From the NCBI GenBank assembly GCA_964234715.1, contig OZ174282.1: a DNA stretch of 64,000 nucleotides. One strand, 5' to 3'. The notes below the pieces were generated by a model. That model saw only the letters and a program-made list of their open reading frames with translations, was not told the origin of the DNA and made no database searches. Every line of letters starts with the position of its first letter. Position 1 is the first letter of the stretch. This document shows, in pieces, positions 36,651-49,782 of the stretch. The DNA comes from Podarcis melisellensis. Lineage: Eukaryota. The position numbers and the translations under genes are program-made.

Positions 36651-39329
36651 TTCATTAAAGAAAATAAAAAATGTAGAGTGAACATTATGAAGAAAAATTA
36701 TGAGGCATCATCTCAAGCAATAGTTTTGAGAAATATGAACCTGCTCCTGTTTTTCAGTGATTTTAGCCAATGAGTGAAATCAGTATAGAGATATAGAGAT
36801 ATTCAGAGTCATACAAGCCCAACAGAAGACCAAAAATAAAATTTAAAAATGACCCAGGAAGTCCCTTCTGGAGGGACTTCCTGAATCATTCCGAAGTCAT
36901 TTTTCAGCCTTCTTTGGTGCTTGTGTCACACTAGATTTTTTGTAGATTCAGGAAATGGAGAAGGACTGCCAGGTTCATTTGGAAGGGACTTTTTGGTTCA
37001 TTTTGAAACTAAGTTTTCATCTTCCCTAGTAGAGAAGTGATTCTTGTCCAGAGAAAATAAATGAAAAATCCAGCTGTGACTGGGCAATACCATGGCCACC
37101 AAAGAGCAAAAAGGCAGAAATTCATGCTCTTTCTAACTCAGCTTTCTTTTTTAATGCAGAAATGTTGCCTATTCTGCTTGTTTACATTAAAAAAATTGCT
37201 GGGTTAATGCAAACACAGGTGCAAATAAAATCCATCTTAATGTTGTGGTGAAGAAAGCATGGGTTACATTAGTAGTTGAGAGTTGCTATGTTAATTTTGC
37301 TAGAGCAGAGGCTGAGAGAGAGAAATAGATCTCAACCGTATGGTGTGCTGGATTGGGATTATTTTTTGGGAGAATCCAGTTGTGGGGTAGGGTTGTAAAG
37401 TTCATTGTTCAACATGGGATGGGGGAAGGAGGGGTAGAGGGATTATTGTGGGCGGATAGTTGCTGCTAATATAAATTAATGGCAGCTTCATTTCCAAGGC
37501 TCATGCCCCTTTTGTTAAAAAGTAAAGAAAAAAGAAGCCATTTGAACATTGCTGCAAATACTAGAAGGTATAAATGAATAATAACAAATGCTCCTAGAAT
37601 GCACTGGTTGCTTTTAAATAATTTAATATTGACTCTATCTAAACATGCCACTGTAAACCCTCAGCCAATTTCGACCACCTCTTCCCTCCGCCATCTGAAA
37701 TACCACACTTAGTTTTGCACTGAATGTTGTATTGCCAACCTAACCCACAGAAAGTGGGGAACCTCTAGCCTGTGGGCTAATGTTGGCCAGCTAAGTCCTG
37801 CAAAGATGCTTTGGGTAATGATGATCAGTGCTCACTTGCCCAACACTTGATGCCATACATGCTAACAGGTATGATGCAGGGACGGGCAAAGATTCAAAGG
37901 TACAATTGGGAGATTAAAGTGAGCTCCCAATTTTCCTTTGCTGGAGAAAAGTACAACTCTCATGACCCATCAGCTGATCTGCAGTGGGAATGTGTCATGC
38001 TTCAGGAGGGGGAAGTGGCTTCCACCGTGTGTGTGAGGGATCTCCAATTTAGCAGCAAATTCAGTGGCAACAGTTACTCCCTCCCAGCACTGCTCTATAA
38101 ACCTCAGATTTCTGGATTTTCAAAGAGCAATGTGTGGCTGTTTGTAAAAGAGTTTTCAAATAGCCAGTGCTGAAATAAAAAACAGTGTCACTGTGATGTC
38201 AGGTGATGGACAGGTGGGCAGCTCCATCCAGCTGTCAAATTTGATGCATGGAGAAATAAGAATCTGGCTCACCAGCTAGGAGAGGATTCCCTGCCCCAAA
38301 CTACAAGAATATAACTGAATATAACAGCTCAATAAACTGGAGTTCTTTGCATAGTTTAGTCCTGGCAACAGGGTCTTGTACTTTTAACAGCTGTGTGGTA
38401 GGCAGAAATTCAACAGATCAAGCCTTTTCTAGTAAGGAAGCAAATTATGGAAAAAGCCTCATCTGCTGATTTTCTGTTACTCATACCTATTTACTTGTGG
38501 GGTGGTGGTGGTTCACCTGCAAAAGAGGACACAAATTTGTATATGACACTTAAGTACAGGCAAATTATATGCAAAGTTATATCCTGTTTTGTGAGTAGGT
38601 CAAAAGGACAAGTCCACACACAATGTATAAATAAATTATGATGTTTTCCTCTTGCTCATTGTGGGTAGAAGGGAGTGGGAAGAAGGAACGGGGAATGCTG
38701 CTGGAGGGCTCTTAGGGAAGGATGGAATATGTCCCATGACAGTGTCTGGTTTTGAACTACTGACATTTCCAGCTATGTTCTGGGAAAGCTGATGATGGGA
38801 GGGGTGGGCCCACTAGAACACCTTTTCTGGGCAAGTTCGGGGAAGAAGGAAGAGAGCATCTGCAGCAGCCATGACTAGAAGCAGAAGTACCTATCCTGCT
38901 ACAAATTGCCAAATGCCAACTGTCCAGAGCTATCCAGACCTCTTCAAAAGGCTCTCTCGGTTTAAGGGGCCCCATGTGCAAAACTAGGGGAAGGACCATT
39001 GCTCATTGGCAAAGCAGAGGGTTCCACAGGCAGTTCCAGTTAAAGAATGTAAGGAAAGCCTGCTGGATCAGGCCAAAGGCCATCTATTTCTATTATCTTT
39101 ATAAAAGCAGATAAAGCCATTACAATGACAGACCATATAAAACTGTTCCAAATTGAAGAGAGCAATATAAATTCAGTAAATGAGGTGGGTCCCACAGAAC
39201 AAAATACTTTTAACTAGGGTGAAAAAGGTACATCTTCACCTTATGGCAAAAGCTGTGCAATGAAGATGCTCCTCTGCAGGAGACAGAGTCCCACCATTTA
39301 GGAGTTGTCCAAAGTTAGAGCCTAAACAG

Positions 39330-41400
39330 TGGTATGAAGATGAAGAAGGTAGAATAATAGTGGTGGAGGTCAAAGTGGAAGGGAAAAGTTGGATAATTGT
39401 GGAAATATATGCCCCAAACGAACAGAAATGAATCTTCTATATATTTTTTTAAAAAACCAGAGGAAAGTCTATTTGAATTATATGATGGAAAAATAATAAT
39501 AATGGGGGACCTGAATGGGGTCACATTTCTGGAGTATGATAGGTCAAATCGGGAAACAAGATCCAAGGAAGGGAAACTGCCAAATTCCGTTGGAATAAAA
39601 GTAGGACAGCAAAACTATAAATTAAAAGTATTTGCAGATGACTTAGTATTAACTTTACAACATCCAAGTGAGAGCATACCAGAAGTGATAGATGAATGAG
39701 ACAGATTTGGAAAACTAGCTGGTTTCAAATTAAATAAAGGAAAAACCAAGACGATGGTTAAAAATATGGACAACCAAGCAAAAAATGATCTAGAAATCAT
39801 GTATGGGTGAAAAGTAGAGAGAAAAAATTAAATATTTGGGGATCTGGTTAACAATAAACAACTATAATATTTACCAAGATAACTATGTAAGGGTTTGGAA
39901 ATAAATAAAGAGAAATTTGGAAATATGGAAAAGAATGAAACTATCGTTACTGGCAGAATTTTGGCTATTAAAATGAATGTCCTTTCAAAAATGCTGTTCT
40001 TATTTCAAAATATCCCAATAATTAACAACACTAGATGCTTCAAAGAGTGGCAGAAAAATATATCAAGGTTTATCTGGCAGGGAAGAAAGCCAAGAATAAA
40101 ACACAAAGTCATGACTGATAAGAAAGGAAGAGGAGGCTTCGCTCTACCAGACTTCCAAATCTACTTTGAGTCATCATGTTTATGATGGATAAAAGATTGA
40201 ATATTGTTGGAAAATATCAGAGGTTTAAATTTGGAAGGACATGGTATACAATTTGGGTGGCATGCCTGCCTGTGGCATGGGAAGGCTAAAATTTATAAAA
40301 CCTTTACAAATCATGTGATCAGAAAAATATATATACAGAGTATGGGAAAAGTACAGAAATCTATTAGAAAAGAAAACACCAATATGGATATCCCTGACTG
40401 AAGCCACTGCAAGAAAAGAACAAATATGGACAAACAATGGTTAACATATAAAGAAATCTTAGATCTTTCTGGACAGGAACCAAGGTTGAAAAATCCCAAG
40501 GAATTAAAAAAATTACTAACAGATAGCTTACAGAAACATCAGATAAACAAACTGTTTAAGATGGATAAAAACACTGGATTTGCAGAACGAAAATCCCCAA
40601 TTCACAAGGGATTTATTAGATATGAAAGTGAAAGTATTATAGAAAAATGTACAAACTGCTGTTAGAGTAGGATACAAAAGAGAAATTTGTGAAATCAAGT
40701 ATGATTAAGTGTTCACAGGATGTGGGTTATAACATTGATTATGAGCTGTGGGAGAATTTATAGACAGTAAATATGAATTTTATGGCATGTTACGCATTAA
40801 AGGAAAATATGATGAAGATGGCCCACAAATGGTATCTAACACCTGCCAAACTAGCGGAAATGTTTAAAAAAGAAAACGGTAAATGTTGGAAATATAATGA
40901 AGTAGAGGGATTCTGGGAATTCTGGGAAGTAATTTACAATGAATTAAAAAAGATATTGTAAAGAACCTTCCCCAAAAAGCTCGAGACATTCCTTTTGGGA
41001 ATGGTAACAACAGAAGTCCCTCAAAACAACAACAACAACAAATATTATATGCCACCACTGTGGCCAGAATCTTATTGGCACAAAAGTAGAAAATGGATAC
41101 AGTACCCACCAAGGAAGAGTGGTGGTTTAAAATGCCTGGATATGCTGAATTGGCAGGCATAATGAGTAGGGTAAGAGAAAAGGAGGATAAAGAATATAAG
41201 GACCAGTATAAACAAATAACTAACTTAGCAGGTCTTGAGTAAATCCAGCAGAAAAGGAGTTAATAGAATTTAACAGATGAAGACATTTGAAGATTAAAAA
41301 TTTGGAATACGTGATTTAATAGAAAATAAAGAAACCAGGGAAAGGGTGGAAGGGGAGTCATCAGATATTTAGTTGTATGTAGGGATTGGTATGAAAGCTG
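39330..41400 (+). mobile_element. Degraded, internally deleted L1/Tx1-clade LINE in the last ZFHX3 intron (antisense to the gene)
   Basis: A-rich. Fragments IIMGDLNG (APE endonuclease), LKVFADDLVL (RT), [50 protein letters not shown] and KWYLTPAKLA, with many stops and frameshifts. Confidence 0.85.
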
Positions 41401-41468
41401 TACAATTGGGGGAGTGGAGGAAAGAGGATGTGGAATGTGTTTTTTGTCTCCATATTAAAAATGCGAAC

Positions 41469-41516
41469 TGTATGTATGTATGTATGTATGTATGTATGTA
41501 TGTATGTATGTATGTG
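41469..41516. repeat. (TATG)n microsatellite
   Basis: About 11 units directly after the L1 3' region. Confidence 0.95.
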
Positions 41517-42014
41517 TGTCTCCAGCAATTCTGAGGGACTGCCAAGAGAGCTCCCGTCCTCAGGAAGGTTGCTTGGTAGGGTAGTGTTCATTGATAACTT
41601 TCTCCTCCTCCTCTATTAATGTGTCTAATCCTCTTTTTAAAGCCATCCAAGTTGGTGGTGATCTCAGCTAATATGTCTGGGAAAGGCCTCTATGTCTGCT
41701 TTCGACATAGCAGCCAGAGATAAAAGCAGGGGACTAGATGGACCAATGGCCTGAGTGCACAAAGCACACCAGGAAGCTGAATTCCAGCACAGCCTTCCCT
41801 CTGGCACGCTAGCTTTGCAGGAAGAGAATTCAACTTTGAGGTGCTTTCACAAAAACAACCCCCTTTGTCTGCCTTCTGATGGGAGAGTCCCAGGCAGATT
41901 CTGAAAGTCTGAATTGCCCCTGTAGTGCAAAAAGTGGCACTTCAGTGTTAAGTGGTAAAATTAATTGCAACTACAGAGCATCAGTTCTGCAAGGATCTGT
42001 GCTAGTCACCTGTA

Positions 42015-42430
42015 GGTTACAAAGCCCAATTCAAGGTGTCCAAGTTAATTTATAAAGCTCTAAATGAATTGAGACTTCAATGCTAGAAGGAGCATCTGTC
42101 CTTATACCAGCCTGCAAGAGAGGCCCTGTTGGCAGTCCTGTTGCTAAGCAGCCCATGATTCAGTGATTCGTGGTAGGACTGCTCTGCAGTGGCACCCTGG
42201 CTATGGAGTCCCCTTCCCCCTGAGGCCCTATCTGGTTCATCAGCACCAGCTGAAGATGTACTTCTTCATCCAGGCCTTGGGGTGTTTCAGTATGGACCAG
42301 CTGAAACTGCATGATGCCCATCTGTTGTATGATATTGCTGGGATTTCAATTTTGTATTATATTTCATACTTTTAACGCTCAGGTATTCTATTTGTAAACC
42401 ACACTGGGAGCAAATGTGATGTAAAGTAGT
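42015..42430 (+). mobile_element. Degraded L2 3' fragment
   Basis: GCCCAATTCAAGGTG...TATAAAGCTCTAAATG...GAAGGAGCATCTG motif shared with the other L2 copies. Confidence 0.5.
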
Positions 42431-43223
42431 TTAGAAAATGAACAAACAAACAAATTCAGGTTGCAGAAAAGCTGGTTGTGAGAAATCATGATGATTATCA
42501 TCCCACTGTGGTAAAAGAAGCGCCCACAAAACAGGAGAGGCCAAACAGGGGCCTTGGAAATGCCTGCATGAAAGCCAACAAATGAGCAATGGTCAAGGTG
42601 TTCAAGGCATGGAACCAAGGACTGAGAAGCCAACTGCTTGAGGCCAGTTCTTGCTCTGCAGGAGGGACAGGAAGGGTTGTCACAGGAAGGCCATGTGCCA
42701 TTTTTTCCTGCTAACTGGAAGCTCTAGCCCTTTTTATCCCCTCTGTAGTTACTGCATGAGGAGCGGCCTCCAGAGGATTAAATGACATTTTGAAATTAAT
42801 CAAATTGGTGTTGTGAATTGTATTTCTTGCTGTTGGGTCTAACTATAAACTTTATTGTTAATGCTTATGTTACGCTACCAGCAGGGTCCAAGAGCAGAAT
42901 AAGAATAAAAACAAAAACAAAATAGAGTTGGCCTTGGGACTTGGAGGGAGGAAGGAGCCTATATTGCTTCCTCAACCCCTGATGGCAGTGGTGACTGGTT
43001 CTCAAGCAACCAAGAACCATCCACCTAAACAGGAACCTTGTCATTGCATGCTGAGCACTTGTGGACGACGTCAGTCAGAAACTGGATCTGAGGAAGGCCA
43101 TTTTTGCTTGTAGCAACCCAGAAATTCCTCCAGCAACCCTTTGAGGCTCACAGTGCATCAAAATCCCTCCTCCCCAGGACATGTACCAAAGAAGCGGTGG
43201 GGGGGAATGCAGTGGAAACTCAC

Positions 43224-46200
43224 CTGTGTTTGAGGGAGTGAAGCCAGGCAAGGATGGGCTGTTGAGGCCCGGCAAGAGGACAGGAGGGATGCCCTGAAGT
43301 GCTGCTGGGTAGGTGGCAGGAAGGTTCAAAGCCTGCAGAGGGGGGCTGTCAAACATGCCTTGCTGCTGAGCAGCCAGGCCGAGAACTTCATTGGCCTTCT
43401 TGATCCGGTCCAGCTCCTGCTGCGCCATCAACTGACGGACAGTCGCTGGGTCAAAGTACTCCTTCTCTTTGTCCAGCTGGCTTCCGATGGTGTCCTTCAC
43501 TTTGGAAATGTGCTGCTGAGAGAAGATATGGTCACGTACAGACAAGCGGGCACTGTACTTGACACCACACAAAGTGCACTCTGTTTTGGGTCCCTCGTAA
43601 CTTGCTTGGTTAATGCCAAAATGCTTGGCCATACTGAGCTTGGCCTTCTTCTCCTTGGCCCGAGCATTCTGGAACCAGACCTGAACAACTCTCTTTGGCA
43701 GCCCAATATCGTTGCCCAGGACCTCACATTCCAGCATGGTTGGAGTCCTGTAGTCATTAAAGCAGGACTTTAGGACCTTCAGCTGGAGGTTCGTCATTTG
43801 TGTCCGGAAGCGCTTCTGTCCTGGCCGATCCCCGCTATCTCCAGACTTGCCCGCTGAGCCACTTGTGCCAGGGCTGGGTGAGCAAGGGTCTGCCAGGCTG
43901 GAGGTCTCACTGTAGTCCACAGTACCTTCATTGTCATACTCTTTGCTGTAGTAACTGGGAGCTGGGCTGACAAGGCCAGAAGACAGTCTGTCTTCATACT
44001 CTGACATTGCGATCATGGCAGCCTTGGTCAGGCCCTCACCTGGCCCTGAGGTGCATTTGGCTTCAGTGTTGATCCCCGTGGCACTGTCATTGTCTGCATT
44101 GCCTTCATCCCCCGTGGTGGTGTCTGTGATGGCTGTGTTGACAGAGGAGCAGTCATCGTTGTCCAGCTTGGTGTGGTCAAAGCTCAGATTGACAGAGGAC
44201 ATAGAGGGGCTCTCAAAGTCCTCTATCCCTTCTACTTTAATGGAGGAGGGGCTCAGCAGAGTTCGAGGAGAGAGCTCCAGAGACTTGCTCACTGGGGAGA
44301 GCGGAATGCCCTGGCTATCGCTGCTGGTGAGTGGCAGGTGAGCAAAGCTTGCTCCATCAAAGAGGTCTCCCTTCATCTGGAGCCCTCCATCACAATCTAA
44401 AAGCATGGCTGACAAGGTCAAGTTGTACCCTGCCCGCTTGGCTTCATGCCAGTGCCGCGATCGGATGTGTGCTTCCAGGGCTGTTTTGGCTTTGAAGAGG
44501 GCCCGGCAAAAAGGGCACCGCCTGTGGGCCTGGGCAGGCCCCACTGCCCGGAACTGCCCCTTCCGCTCCCGGGCTCGAGTGTTCTGGAACCAAACCTGCA
44601 CCACACGTTTTTTCAAGCCTACTTCGTGAGCAATGTGGTCGAGCATCTTTCTGGTAGGGTTGGAATCAAGTAAGTATTTCTGGTAGAGAATTTCCAGCTG
44701 TTCTGGGGTGATGGTTGTTCGGAGACGCTTGTCCCTCTGGGGCTCCTCCCCGCCAGTGCTGCTGTCATTCTCGCCAGGACTTGCACTGGCTTTCTCCTCC
44801 AACTTTCTCTTCAGTGTGCTCATGGTGGATGTTGGTGTGGAGGGTGAAGTGGCTGAGCTCATGGGCAGCTGGGGGAGTGTCCCAGATAGCAGCTGACTGG
44901 CCAGGAGGGGGTTGCTGGGGTCAAAGAGCATGAAAGGCATATCCAAAGTCCTGTCCAGAAACTGGGGGTGGATAAACTGGTTCTGGGCGCTCAAGAAGTG
45001 GAGCTGCTGATGCTCTTGCCAATGCTCAAAGGAGGGAAATGCCAGTTTGCACTGGTCACATTGGTAGGGGATGAGCTGAGGAGGCATGTTGGCCAGCTGT
45101 TGAGGGGTGGATGTGTGAAGGGGCTTGAGGTGTAGGTGAGAGAGTTGTGAGGGGCTAGGACTGGACTGTGGCAGCACAGACTGTGGAGGAGGCTGGACTG
45201 ATTGCTGTGGGGTGGGTGGGGAGGCCTTTGGGTGTGCTGAACTGGCCTTTGGCTCGCCTGGGTCCTGCTGCTGCTGCACCTCCTGCTTTGGTTGTATTTG
45301 CTTCTCTGGAGTTTGGTTTTGCTGCGTACTTGGAGGTTCAGGTTGCTTTGGTTTTTCGTCTGTAGCTTCTGCTTTAGAACTATAGATGGAGAAGTCATCG
45401 TCTGCTTCAGCAGTGAGCTGTGGTAGGAAAGCTGAGGAAGAGCAGGCTGTGTTTGCAGAAGACGTGGGGGTGCTGTAGGCCTGGGAAGGCATTGGGGTGC
45501 TGCAGGAGGAACTGGTTGGGGTCAGCAGCTCTGCTGCATCCATGGAATCCTCGTTCTGACTGTCATCCTGCCCGTCTTCATCCTCATCCTTGTAGCACAG
45601 CTTTTTCTGATGTTTGATCAGGTCAAAGATGCGCTGGAAGACAAGGCTGCACTTCTTGCACTGGTAATTCAAGTTGCTTGTCCGGATGTACCTGTCATTT
45701 GTCAGCTCCCGTCGCTCTCCATCCTTCCCTTCCCCCTGATTCTCATAGTTTTTCCTGGCTTTCTGGCGAGCATTCTGAAACCATACCACTATCACACGGG
45801 TTGGAAGGTTGAGCAAATTCGAGAGCTGCTCGAATTCATCATCCTTGGGGTAAGCATTGGCATCAAAGAAATCCTGCAGCACTCGGAGCTGGTAGTCAGT
45901 AAAGCGAGTCCTGGAAGACCTCTTGCTTCCCCAGTACTCATGTTTTTGAGGCTCTGGAGAGGGTGGTCGAGAATCTACCTTCAGGTCCTCCAGGCTGGTA
46001 ATTGGAGGGTTGCTGAAGTTGTATGGGGAGTCCTTGTTGCGCTGGCGCTCTTTGAAGAGTGTGTTCCGAAACCAGTGCTTGATCACCTTCTGTGGCAGTC
46101 CAGACTTGTCTGCCATCTCCTTGATCTGCTCCTCGCTTGGGGAATTGTTGATATCAAAATATTGCCTCAAGACCCGGAGCTGGTCATCTGTGATCCGCGT

Positions 46201-48734
46201 GCGTGGCCTCTTGTTCTGCTGCTGCTGCTGCAGAAGGCCTGGGTTGAGCTGGTGTTGGTACAGCTGGGCCAGGTCTGCAGGCAAAGCATCCACGGGGCCA
46301 AGCTGCGGCGGCAACTGGGCAGGCAAGGTTTGCAAAGGCATGGTCTGCATCATCAGGGGAGAGAAGATGGGCAGCTCCATAGGCATGGAAAGTTGAGTGA
46401 GGGGCAGCGATGGTTGGGCTGGTGTAATGGTGGGAGATGTAATGGATGGAGCCGAAGCAGGAATGGTAGGTGTAGAAGGCTGCTGTGGAGGTGGAGCAGG
46501 CAGAGGAGGAGGAAGAGGTGGAGGGGGCGGTGGCGGCGGGGGAGGCGGCGGCTCTGGAGTTTGAGGCCGCAGTGGGTACAGCTTGTCGTAGTGTTCACGG
46601 TACTGCTTGGCAAACTTTTCCAGCTGCTTGAAGGGGAAGTAATGCTGGTGGACATGTTCTTGGTGGCTCTTCAGGATGAGGACGTTGGAGAAGAATTTCC
46701 CACATGACTCACATTCCAACTTTTCCAAGTTGTCACCCTGCTCTGTCTTCCCAGCTTTCTTCTGCACCTTCTGCTTGTTCTCATTGTATTGAATGACCAA
46801 CTCAAAACCAAAGTTTTCCAGCAAGGCTTTTGTGGCATTCCCACGTGCATCTGAGGCGATACGAGGAGGAAACATAGAAGGTTCTGCAGGGCCCGATCCT
46901 GTCCCTGCCGACTCTGGCTTGTCTTTGGACTTCAGGGTGTCAGGCAGGAGGTCTTTAGAGATAGAGGTGCCATCCCCCTTTTCAAAGCTCTCCTGTTCCC
47001 TTTGGACTTCCTTCTCCTTCCCAAAAACCTTGCTCTTCTTCTCTGAGTGTTGGCTCTGCTGGAGGAGAACACAATGAGGCGGCTGTGACAGCTGACCTTG
47101 AGGCAGCTGCTGCTGTGGTGGCTGCTGCAGGAGTGGTGGGTGGCCTGGCTGGGGGAGCTGCACCTTCAAGTCATCCAGAAGGCTAGGTCCAGTCCCAGTC
47201 AGTGTCAGCGTGCCGCTGGTCACAGGCAAGCTCACTTCGGGGTTCAGCTGGAACTCGGCACTGGGAATGTAGAAGGGAAAGAGAAGGTGCTGCTGCTGCT
47301 GGAGCTGGAGGAGGGTCTCTGTGGTCATCGGGAAGTGGGGCAGGAGAGCAGGGTTGAAGAGCTGTGACTGGATGAGAGCAGCTTGTTGCTGGAGCTCTTG
47401 CTGGAGCTGCGCCTGTACTTGCGCCTGTGCCTGCGCCAAGGTGTGCGCTTGATGCTGCTGCTGCTGCTGCTGTTGCTGCTGCCGCGAAGCAATCATGTCA
47501 GCCAGTTTCTTACGGTTCACCTCTTTGGGCTCAGAGGGGCTTGCAGCAGCTGCCAGGGTGGAGCTGGTACTGATGGGGTTGCTGAGAGAAGGGATCCCAG
47601 TGCTCTCGCAAGAGACCTGGCTGAGCAGGCTAGAGACGGGAGCTGTGCTGGCAGTGCTTGTGTTTGTCATGGCAAAGGAGGTGGTGGTAGTTGTGCTGAT
47701 GGGGCTGGGTGTGGAAGAGCCCAGAGAGACGCTGCTGCTGCTGCCGCCACCACTGCCACCAGCAGCTCCATTGCTGTTGCTGCTGCCACTGCTACCCCCT
47801 GCAGCCTCCAGTTTGGCAGCTCGTGCCTTGGTCTGATGTAGGACGGACCGCATGTGGATCTCTAAGGTGGAGCTCTGGCTATAGGCCACGCTGCAAGTGC
47901 TGCACTTGAAGGGTTTGTTGTCGGGGCTGCTGGTGGGCTCCGGCTGGCCAGAGGTGGACTCTTGGAGGGCTCGTTTCAGCTTGTGCAGGTGAGAGACTGA
48001 ATTGTAGTGGACCAAAAGGATGTTTTTCTGTGTGAAGGATTCTTTGCAAACTGTGCACTTGTATGGGCGGGATGGGTCCAGGAACTTCTCCATGGTGAAG
48101 TTTGGGCCCTTTCGGAAGGGGAGAGCTCGTTTTGGTTCTGAGCCAGAGTCTTCCTGTACAGACCCAGAGTCACTTCCTGTGGGACTTTGCTTGTCCTCTA
48201 GGTCACTCTCCTCCTCTTTGTCTTCCTCTACTATGACAGTATGGTCTTCAGCCAGCGAAGGGTCACCCATGGCCAGGAGGTCCCCGTTGACCAGAAGCCC
48301 ACCGTACAGTTGCTGGATGTCAGCTTCACTCAGTTCCAGGTGACTTGTCTCCAGGTGCTTCTTGAGGGCTTGAAAAGTGCGGAAGCTGCGTTGGCAAAGG
48401 CAACACATAGTAGCTGCCCGGATGACATGGTACTGGGAGTGCAGCTGGAGCTTCTCGATTGTTTTGAAGGCCAGGCTGCATTGGTTGCAGCGGTATTTGT
48501 AAACGTGACGGTCAGAGACAGGCAACTGGGGCCGCTTAGTGTGGACCTCATTGAAATGCGCTTGCAGGGCAGTGGAGCTTTTGAACACCTGGCTGCAGCC
48601 CTTCTTCCAGCACAGAAATCCAGCATCATCCCTGGCAGAGGCCTGGTCAGGAAGAGCAGGCTTTGGTTCTGCCCCACGCTCCCCTGTGTTCTCAGAAGGC
48701 AGTAGCAGGCCTTTGCCTAAGTCCTCTGAAGTCT
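43224..48734 (-). CDS. ZFHX3: ZFHX3 giant penultimate exon (5511 nt, phase 1 to 1): multiple C2H2 zinc fingers, Q- and P-rich tracts, and all four homeodomains
   Basis: This is the 1904-aa ORF trimmed to acceptor TTTCTCCACAG and donor GTGAGT. Homeodomains: [11 protein letters not shown]...[11 protein letters not shown] (~46215-46040), [12 protein letters not shown]...[11 protein letters not shown] (~45925-45750), [11 protein letters not shown]...[11 protein letters not shown] (~44730-44560), [11 protein letters not shown]...[11 protein letters not shown] (~43815-43645). Confidence 0.98.
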
Positions 48735-49679
48735 CTGTGGAGAAAGAAACAAAGAGGAGACCATGAGAGCCCTTGTCAGCCATAGACACATCCTCTGGGC
48801 TATTTAAGGAGTCAACAGCTATATGCTATTCATCTGGACATGTTGGGACCTCTCACCAGACTCTTCTCAAATGGATCAAGGGTGAAGACCCCAACCTTCT
48901 CCCTTTCTCACCAGAAGAACAAGATGCTCTCCTTCACGCTATCCTCTGTCTTGGCTCTGCCTTCACATGAACCTCTCTCTTCCCACTCAAAGCTCAGGCC
49001 TCACCCACTTCTGCTGCCTTTATGCACACACTATGAATGTGTGGTGCTTCTTCAACAGCGTTTTATAATGCATGGCACCAAACTGGCAGAATGTAACACC
49101 TAGTGATATGTCAGCCATACTGCAATTAAGACTGCTGGGAAGGGGCATGAGGGAGAAGGAGAGCAAGAAGGGCATTCCAGGTCATTTTTCGTTGTGTGTG
49201 GGAAAACACAAATATGTTCCCGGTTAGATGATGGAGATCTGAATGCACTAAAAGCTCCCCTCCCAACATACACCCAGAGGCAATCTGTGCTAATCTTTCA
49301 TAATATGGTGTTCTGTACAAGGCCAAAATTTGGTGCTCCCAAATGGAACCTCGATTTTGCACCCCCTAGGCTTGATGCCCTGTGCAGGGGAACCACCTGC
49401 ACCACCCTAAATATGGCACTGATACACCCTTGGTCATGCATCAGACTCACAGAGTTCCGCCTACCTTTGGCTCAAGCACCAGAAACTCAATTTGGGCCTG
49501 TAGACCACAGAAAGACTCGCCTCTGCTGCCAAACAGGCTAAGTATCATCACCCACTCAGAGTCCCAAACAGAAGGTGCAGAAGAGCTCAGACATGCCAAG
49601 AGTCACTTCTAGACTCTGGAGCATCTGAAAACCCTGAGGAAAAAGTGCCTCCAACTGAGCAATTAAAGTTGGTACTGAC

Positions 49680-49782
49680 CAGGCTGCTTGGTTGACTCAT
49701 CCGTGCTGGTGTTCCCATCTCGATCTGGTGTTGCAGCTGGAAGAAACATACTGCTAGGCATCATAACCTCTGGGGTTGTCAC
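49680..49782 (-). CDS. ZFHX3: ZFHX3 coding exon (103 nt, phase 0 to 1): [34 protein letters not shown]
   Basis: Acceptor ...CTACAG and donor GTCAGT. Phase fits both neighbours. Matches the ZFHX3 motif [17 protein letters not shown]. Confidence 0.95.

Noticed and set aside
43360-48766. Plus-strand ORFs antisense to ZFHX3 (e.g. 365 aa at 45610-46707) and the poly-Cys/poly-Leu ORFs near 35200-35660
   Set aside because: Shadow frames of GC-rich coding sequence and of the CAG repeat, with no independent domain or splice evidence.
43075-48789. 1904-aa ORF as a standalone single-exon gene
   Set aside because: Both ends run into introns. The true exon is 48734-43224, bounded by canonical splice sites in phase with its neighbours.
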